14,869 nt of DNA, taken from Selaginella moellendorffii. Lineage: Eukaryota; Plantae; Lycopodiophyta. The stretch lies in NCBI RefSeq assembly GCF_000143415.4, contig NW_003314537.1:1-14869 (forward strand), read 5' to 3'. The stretch's first letter is position 1. Every line of letters starts with the position of its first letter. The notes under the pieces were generated by a model, which did no database searches, was not told the DNA's origin, and saw nothing but the letters and a program-made list of their open reading frames with translations. Below are positions 9,121 to 14,869 of this stretch, piece by piece. Made by a program: the position numbers and the translations under genes.

Positions 9121-10047
9121 ATGTTGGTGCTGCTCTTGTTTCTGTGGACAATCTTTTGTCCTTCTAGCTGCTTATGTGTGCGCTTCGATGTCGCAACTGG
9201 CTTGGGCATACTCAACCTCCACCAGGTCATTACCATGCAGGTCCGTATTCGCTACTTCCTCATCAATGAGATCCAACCGGACAGATTTTATGGTCCACAG
9301 ACATGGTCAACAACACTCCAAATCGATCACAACGTCTACTGTATTGTAGGTCTGACACTCTTCAGCCAAGCAGCAGATGGAAGTTGCAACCTTGCACCCT
9401 CCCCAATGATGACTCAGGGGTCCCATCTCAGAGCAGCTTTCAATTTCCTAGTTGATCAAGCTGGAGGACTAGCTCAAATGTATGGCTATAGCCACATAAT
9501 AGCCACCTCAGGACGTGTAAGCATTAACTACTTAACTATCTACACAACTCAGCCGCAAGGTCATCTTGCATCGCATAGTCAACCTTTTGAGGATGTTTAC
9601 AATCTTTCCCAACTCAATTCAACTCTCAACTCTACTAGAGATCTGTATGACCAAAATGACTGCTATCCCTTTCGCTCTGGAATGATGAGCGGAGAGCGAG
9701 GAGAGCTTGGATCCGACCTCTACAGTGGCTCTCGTCTTGTGTCTCCCAACGGCTTCTACGAGCTTGTTTTGGAATACAACTGTAACTTGGTGCTATTAGC
9801 GAGGGGATGGAAGGAGCTTTGGTCGAGTTCTACGGCTGGAAAAGGAGTTGGATGTGTACTCACTCTCCAAAGGGATGGGAACTTGGTGCTCGTAGGAGGA
9901 GATGGCAGAGGTATCTTTGCATCAAACATTTACTGCCAACCACAGCCTCACTGCATACTTGGAACCAATTTGGTGCTTGAAAATAGTGGATCTATCTCCA
10001 TCTATCGTGCCTCTGAGCCCATGCTTCTCTTGTGGCGACGGCCATAA
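9121..10047 (+). CDS. Secreted two-domain protein, 308 aa: signal peptide, unassigned ~110-aa domain (possibly KP4-like), N-glycosylated linker, C-terminal bulb-type (GNA/B-) lectin domain
   Basis: Intronless ORF with hydrophobic N-terminus MLVLLLFLWTIFC. DLYSGSRLVSPNGFYELVLEYNCNLVL, LWSSST and CVLTLQRDGNLVL are B-lectin motifs. Sequons NLS, NST, NST at residues 161-172. A paralog lies at 7300. Confidence 0.88.
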   Translation: MLVLLLFLWTIFCPSSCLCVRFDVATGLGILNLHQVITMQVRIRYFLINEIQPDRFYGPQTWSTTLQIDHNVYCIVGLTLFSQAADGSCNLAPSPMMTQGSHLRAAFNFLVDQAGGLAQMYGYSHIIATSGRVSINYLTIYTTQPQGHLASHSQPFEDVYNLSQLNSTLNSTRDLYDQNDCYPFRSGMMSGERGELGSDLYSGSRLVSPNGFYELVLEYNCNLVLLARGWKELWSSSTAGKGVGCVLTLQRDGNLVLVGGDGRGIFASNIYCQPQPHCILGTNLVLENSGSISIYRASEPMLLLWRRP

Positions 10048-10628
10048 GAGATCAATTTGGAATTCTGGTCTTAAACATAACATTCAAACTAGTTATACCA
10101 TCGAAAAAACTGCACGCACTGCTATAGGCTATAGGCTATCAGGAGAAGATGGACGTTTGGGAAAGAGTCATAGAATCACGATTTCCAGTTTTGCTGCTTT
10201 GCATGTTCTTCTTACCACGTTCTGGAGCTCTTGTTCACAGGTTTACAATTAGTACCGCACTGCTATGATATTCAAAGGCACTCGTGAAAAACAAGAAACG
10301 ACTTTGACCATCTCCCACTTTGTGCCGAAAGTCATTAGTTTTTCAATTTTTATTTTTTATTTTTTATGGCCATGGAAAGCCCTTTTCTAGTTGCATTAGG
10401 GAAATCTACAATGAACTTCACGATGTTGTGGAGAATGCCTGAGTATGCGTTTTGCTCCCTCGTTTTCCAACTTCCTGTGGAAGTAGATAACGACGTTCCG
10501 AGCTCGTGATCTATATTTCATAGAGAAGTACACAGAAAGCCGCAGTAAAATATCCCGGCATTGCAAGGTCGGGGAAAACTCGAGCAAAACTTGCTTCGCT
10601 TATTGACTGCCTCGTCGTGGTTGGATGA

Positions 10629-11724
10629 TCAGACTGTTGCTTGCTGGTTGCAGCATCCAGCGCGGTGCTCGATACGCGGCCAAAGATCTTTCACAGTTGG
10701 CCGTGGCTTTCCAGTACGCGAGTAGAAACCGTACAAGATCAGTTGAATCACCGCCAGGCAAGCCCCAACAAGATTTGGCACCTAGAGAGTGACCAGATTT
10801 TCAATGAATTGAGCTCCAAATAAGAAACGAGTCGAGCAATGCCTACCACAATGTAGTAGTCGTGTGGTTGTCCCAGGAATCCATACGCAGTCCAGGTAGC
10901 TCCATTGAAAAGCCCGGCCACGAGCGGCAGGAGGGGCATGTATTGGACGCTCTTGGTAGAAATCACTGTTCTCTGGACGAAACAAATCGAAGTAAAGTTG
11001 ATGGAACTCGATCAAAGTCCAGACTTACCATGATGGAAAGAGGAGAAGCATACATTGCAATGGTGACTACAGCGCAGCAAATCCCAGCAAACTTCTGGCG
11101 TGTGTGATGGTCCTTGGAAGCCATGAAAACAGCCAAAAAAATCCCCAAGTAAACCGTCAAGACGATGCTGATCATCCCGGCTACTCTGGCCTGTAAATAA
11201 TAACAAGCAAAGTAACTACGATAGAAAACTTTCACATGAACTCTTCCCTACCTTCTCGATTCTCTTGGAGGCGTAGAAGAGGAAGATCCCCAGATAGACG
11301 CTCTCGATCACACAGCCGATTGTATTGATCGTGATCACGAGGACGCTGTTGGAAGTAACGAAGGGAAGGCCGTAGAGCACCCAGAGCAAGCAGTTGAAGA
11401 GCGTCGCGACGTAAGGGGCTCCCGAGAAGTCGCCCGTGGTGTGGTTCTTGACGATACTCCGGAAGGTTGGCCTGTCAAGCACACGTCAGAGCCCGTCAAA
11501 GCCTCGTCAATGCCAGCCATAGCCAAAACCCCAGGGGCCAGGGATCAAGAAAGCGAGGATCTTACGCAGGGGACAGGAAGAGGCCGAAAGCGATCACATT
11601 TCCTGCGGGGAGCGCTCTCCACAATCAGGATCGGCGAGATCGAGAGAGAAAGAGGAAATCGGGAGAAAGAAGAAAGATTACCGATGATCCCCATGACAGT
11701 GCGAATTGCGCCGGCGGGCGCCAT
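10629..11724 (-). CDS. SWEET: SWEET sugar transporter (MtN3/saliva), clade II-like, about 246 aa; exons 11724-11682, 11602-11566, 11471-11252, 11190-11029, 10972-10847, 10781-10629
   Basis: Spliced product [30 protein letters not shown]...FSGAPYVATLFNCLLWVLYGLP...LVITIN...MYASPLSIMRTVISTKSVQYMP...YIVVPNLVG...QLILY. Canonical 6-exon SWEET layout with GT-AG introns of 79, 94, 61, 56 and 65 nt. Confidence 0.95.
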
Positions 11725-11959
11725 ATTTTCTCCTCCGGACACGCGATCGATCGAGCGAGCGCCTACATTTGCCGCCGCGAGCTCCCCCGCCGAGAAAGAA
11801 ACGTTCTTTTGTTCTTCGTGGTAGGGGTTTAACGCGCCAGATCGCCACCGTTAGATCTTTGGCCGTTGGATGTGGAGCGCGGGCAAAGTTTTAGGGCTAG
11901 CGATGGCGATGGCGACACGATCTTCTTCTTTCTCGATCTAACCCTCTTTCGAGCGCCAG

Positions 11960-12770
11960 GATTCATCGAATCCGGATTTCCGGGCGATGGCCTGTCAATG
12001 GAGAGCTTCCGGACTCCACATTGTGATACAGTGGCGAGCTGTGGCTTCTTTCGAGGTAATAATCTCGCGCTCTTTGGACTTGGAAGATAGAATTTGTAGG
12101 AAGTCCAGCTCCACGGCGACGAAGTGACCACTTTCTGGTGTGCCTTCTCGAAATTTTTGCTCTCTTTCCTTTCTAAGGTTTTTGTTTAAGTGGATCTTAG
12201 TTTCTCAAGACCAGGATGAAGCTGAATTTGCGAAGCTTATATATGGCTGATGGCAATGCTACGGCCGAGCTCCTCCAAGTTTCCACATTGCTTCAGCAAG
12301 CCATCGCATCAGCTTCTTCTGAAAAGGTCGGTGAGTAGTTTTTCTCTTTTCTTTTTCTTTGTTTGTTTGTTGTGATGCGGGCATTGGGTTATGCAGTTGC
12401 CAGAGACAACACTCTTCAAACGGGTGAAAGCTGCTCGATCACTGGTTCTGGATCAAGGCTGGAGCAACGGTATACGACGATTTGGCCACAGAATGCACCT
12501 TCAGGTAGATATAAACCTGTGCTTTTGCTTTTGTAACTTTTAGTATTGATGCTGCGACAGGAGAACGACTTCGACAAACACTGACACTGAGCAGATTGAG
12601 AATTTGGTTAGAGAGGGTACATTTAGTTTGCTGCAAACAGTTTCTTCGATTGAGCAGCAACAGCATAGCTGCGAAAAGGATGAAAAATGTTTTGAGTATA
12701 TAACACACGAGAAATGAAAAGTGGAGCTGGACCGATGTAAGAAGCGCCTCTCAGTGCTTTAAACAGTTTT
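11960..12770 (+). pseudogene. CLUAP1: Disrupted, 3'-truncated CLUAP1/IFT38 (intraflagellar transport B) homologue
   Basis: Collinear blocks match IFT38: SMESFRTP (about 11995; cf. SMENFRTP), KTRMKLNLRSLYMADGNATAELL (12207-12275; cf. KLNTKKLYQADGYAVKELL), VKAARSL...KAGATVYDDL (12424-12484; cf. LKAARQL...KGASLYDLL) and KVELDRCKKRLSVL (12718-12759; cf. KLELERNRKRLETL). Frameshift near 12451; in-frame TGA 12715-12717 and TAA 12760-12762. Confidence 0.8.
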
Positions 12771-12914
12771 CAATCACATTGAAACCGTGGAGAACTCTTT
12801 AGGCCATCATCCTTTGATGAGTAAAAAGTGCTCCAAAGTGAGCTGTGCAGCCTTTTGGTGTTTGAAACGACTCTTAAGGGCACACTCAACCTTGAGCAAA
12901 TCTAGTGAGTCCAA

Positions 12915-14720
12915 TTAATTAGAAGTAATAATGATATATTCATTGCTAATAGTCAAGTTTGGAAAATGTTTTATTAGATCAAATGTTATTAATTTAAATG
13001 GACAGGAAATTGCAATTGACTCTAACCATTATTTCATAACATGAAAGGGAGTAATATGAATTTAGCACCAAATATATTTATACATATATTGGATAACTTT
13101 ATATTACATTTTCAGCTAATAAAAAAACTTGTGCAACTTTTCAATCATACTATGATGTCCCATATGTCTGCGTAAAATAAATGAATCATGGTAAGTATAG
13201 AGAAAGCATGGAACAAAAATTGAAAAGCACCACCAGCCATAAATGATCATTAAGATTCATCTCTACAAAATAAAGAAAATCATTCTCAAGATGATATTAA
13301 GAATGTAAATACTAAATGGCAAATTATTAACAAATGATACAAGATTTTCAAATCTATCACGCTATAGCAACCACTGACCCTATAGAAACCTTGTCCAAAA
13401 AATCTATAAATGTTGAAACAAACTTGTCAAAAACATAAAAAGAAAGTGAAAGAGGAAGAGGAACTTAAGAAAGAACATTAACATTAATTATAAAACTCTT
13501 TAAATGATTAACAGAATCAAAATTATATATTTGATTTAAAACCAACTAAACAGTACAACCAACTAAATTATTCCACTTTAATAATAAAATAAATGCAATA
13601 TGATCACCTTTTAGTAATGTCCAAGAATTATATAGATATGCATAAAGTTTCTAAATACTCTAAATTGTTGCTAAACACTCATTCTCTATCATGGAATAAT
13701 TCACCTTTATTGATTGTAATGTACAGTTGATATATGTAATGGGATGGCATTGATTAAGCATTGGGCTCTTTTATATTAACACACCTCTAAAACTGATATC
13801 AAAAGTATTCACATGCAAAATAAAAATCAAGTGTAGTTAGGATATGCTAAAATTAGAAGAATTGTTAACAACTCTTTGAGATCTATAAATGCCCACTCAC
13901 AATCTATAGATCAAAGGAAAGACAATGTTAATAATTTCAATAATGCTCGCAATGGTGCAATATAATTAGAAAGATAGTTAATGAAACGACTGAGATATTG
14001 CAAATTGCCTAAGTAGCACTACACATCATTCACATATTTTGGAGTAGGGAAATTGAGAATATCCATAAATTTTTCAGAATCACATGAGAAATACAGTACT
14101 AAGATAAATGGTGTTTTTAGACTCAAACATGCACTTTGATCTCTTCAACTTTAAACTAATTTCTCGTAGCTGATCCAATATTTTACAAATATCACAAATG
14201 TATTCCTCCTATGTCCTCTCCAAGTGGATTAAGACATCATTAATGAAATTAATAGTCATCTCTAACATATTGCAAAGAACCTTGTTTATCATTTGTTAGA
14301 AAGTTGCTGAAGCATTGTTTAAACCAAATGGCATCACCAAGAACTTATATAAACTAAATAGTGTACGAAAAACAATCTGGGGAAAATCTTTTTTAGCTAT
14401 TAGCTCTTGTTGACACATTAAAGCAAAATTTAACATAGTGAATCAATAATGTTTTTATAGACAATCTAGAAGATTAACAATGTGAGGAAGGGTACACATT
14501 CGAGATTATCACTTCATTTAACAAATAATAATTGATATAAAAACAAATACTCTTATTACACTTCGTCGTAAGATAAAGTTCACATGCTTAAAAACTCTGT
14601 AACTTTTGAATAACACTTTTTTTTAACATTTCTTTGATATTTATATATAAAACCTTGATCTCTTTTGATGACCGACAATGAACAAAAACCTTCATTAGAT
14701 AAACATTTCTAGTTAGAATA
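12915..14720 (-). mobile_element. Degenerate Ty3/gypsy LTR-retrotransposon pol relic (RT, RNase H, start of integrase); probably continues beyond the window end
   Basis: Minus-strand translation gives IKEMLKKSVIQ, INYYLLNEV...VYP, IVFRTLFSLYKFLVMPFGLNNASATF*Q (VMPFGLNNA at 14337-14311), FIND in place of YxDD (14247-14236), LKLKRSKCMF, AFIDLKELLT...LAYPNY, NYSMIENECLA, then integrase zinc-finger relic YHDS...HMGH (about 13190-13155) and PFKLITFDLI. The RT-RH-INT order indicates gypsy. Numerous stops. Confidence 0.9.
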
Positions 14721-14869
14721 GAATTATGTGATTTACAAAATTATGCATACAATCATGCAAATTACGTAATATCATTTATAGAATCATGCAAATTTGTCTT
14801 ATCTAATTGAAAGAGTAGGTTAATAGTCATATGAAATGATGTTGTATGGATTTTTAAGCTTGTTTATTT

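Noticed and set aside
9121-10047. S-domain receptor kinase or S-locus glycoprotein
   Set aside because: The B-lectin domain is C-terminal, with no EGF, PAN, TM or kinase following it.
12715-12762. Repair of the CLUAP1 stop codons by U-to-C RNA editing
   Set aside because: Such editing is organellar, while this is a spliceosomal nuclear gene that also has frameshifts.
12900-14869. Featureless AT-rich intergenic or organellar insert
   Set aside because: Minus-strand translation reveals ordered RT, RNase H and integrase motifs.
1-14869. Prokaryotic systems (CRISPR arrays, operons), rRNA or tRNA genes
   Set aside because: The DNA is eukaryotic with spliceosomal introns; no repeat-spacer array or structural RNA signature was recognised.

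Overview
Eukaryotic, gene-dense plant nuclear DNA with very short GT-AG introns (49-94 nt) and short intergenic gaps. This style, plus a ciliary IFT gene remnant, suggests a lycophyte such as Selaginella (inferred, not proven). In order: the 3' end of a possible trihelix-type factor; a 4-exon mitochondrial carrier (minus) with AGC1/SLC25A12-13 aspartate-glutamate-carrier signatures and a long transit-peptide-like N-terminus; a 4-exon AWPM-19 gene; intronless PEX11B; an intronless PUT/LAT polyamine transporter; a tandem pair (one pseudogene, one intact) of secreted two-domain proteins; a 6-exon clade II-like SWEET (minus); a disrupted CLUAP1/IFT38 copy; and an AT-rich, heavily transition-mutated Ty3/gypsy pol relic (minus). 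The paired proteins have an unassigned N-terminal domain with motif-level resemblance to KP4 killer toxin, fused to a bulb-type (GNA) lectin. The best novelty candidates are this putative KP4-like/lectin chimera and the AGC-type carrier. All family calls come from recalled motifs and manual translation; no searches were run.
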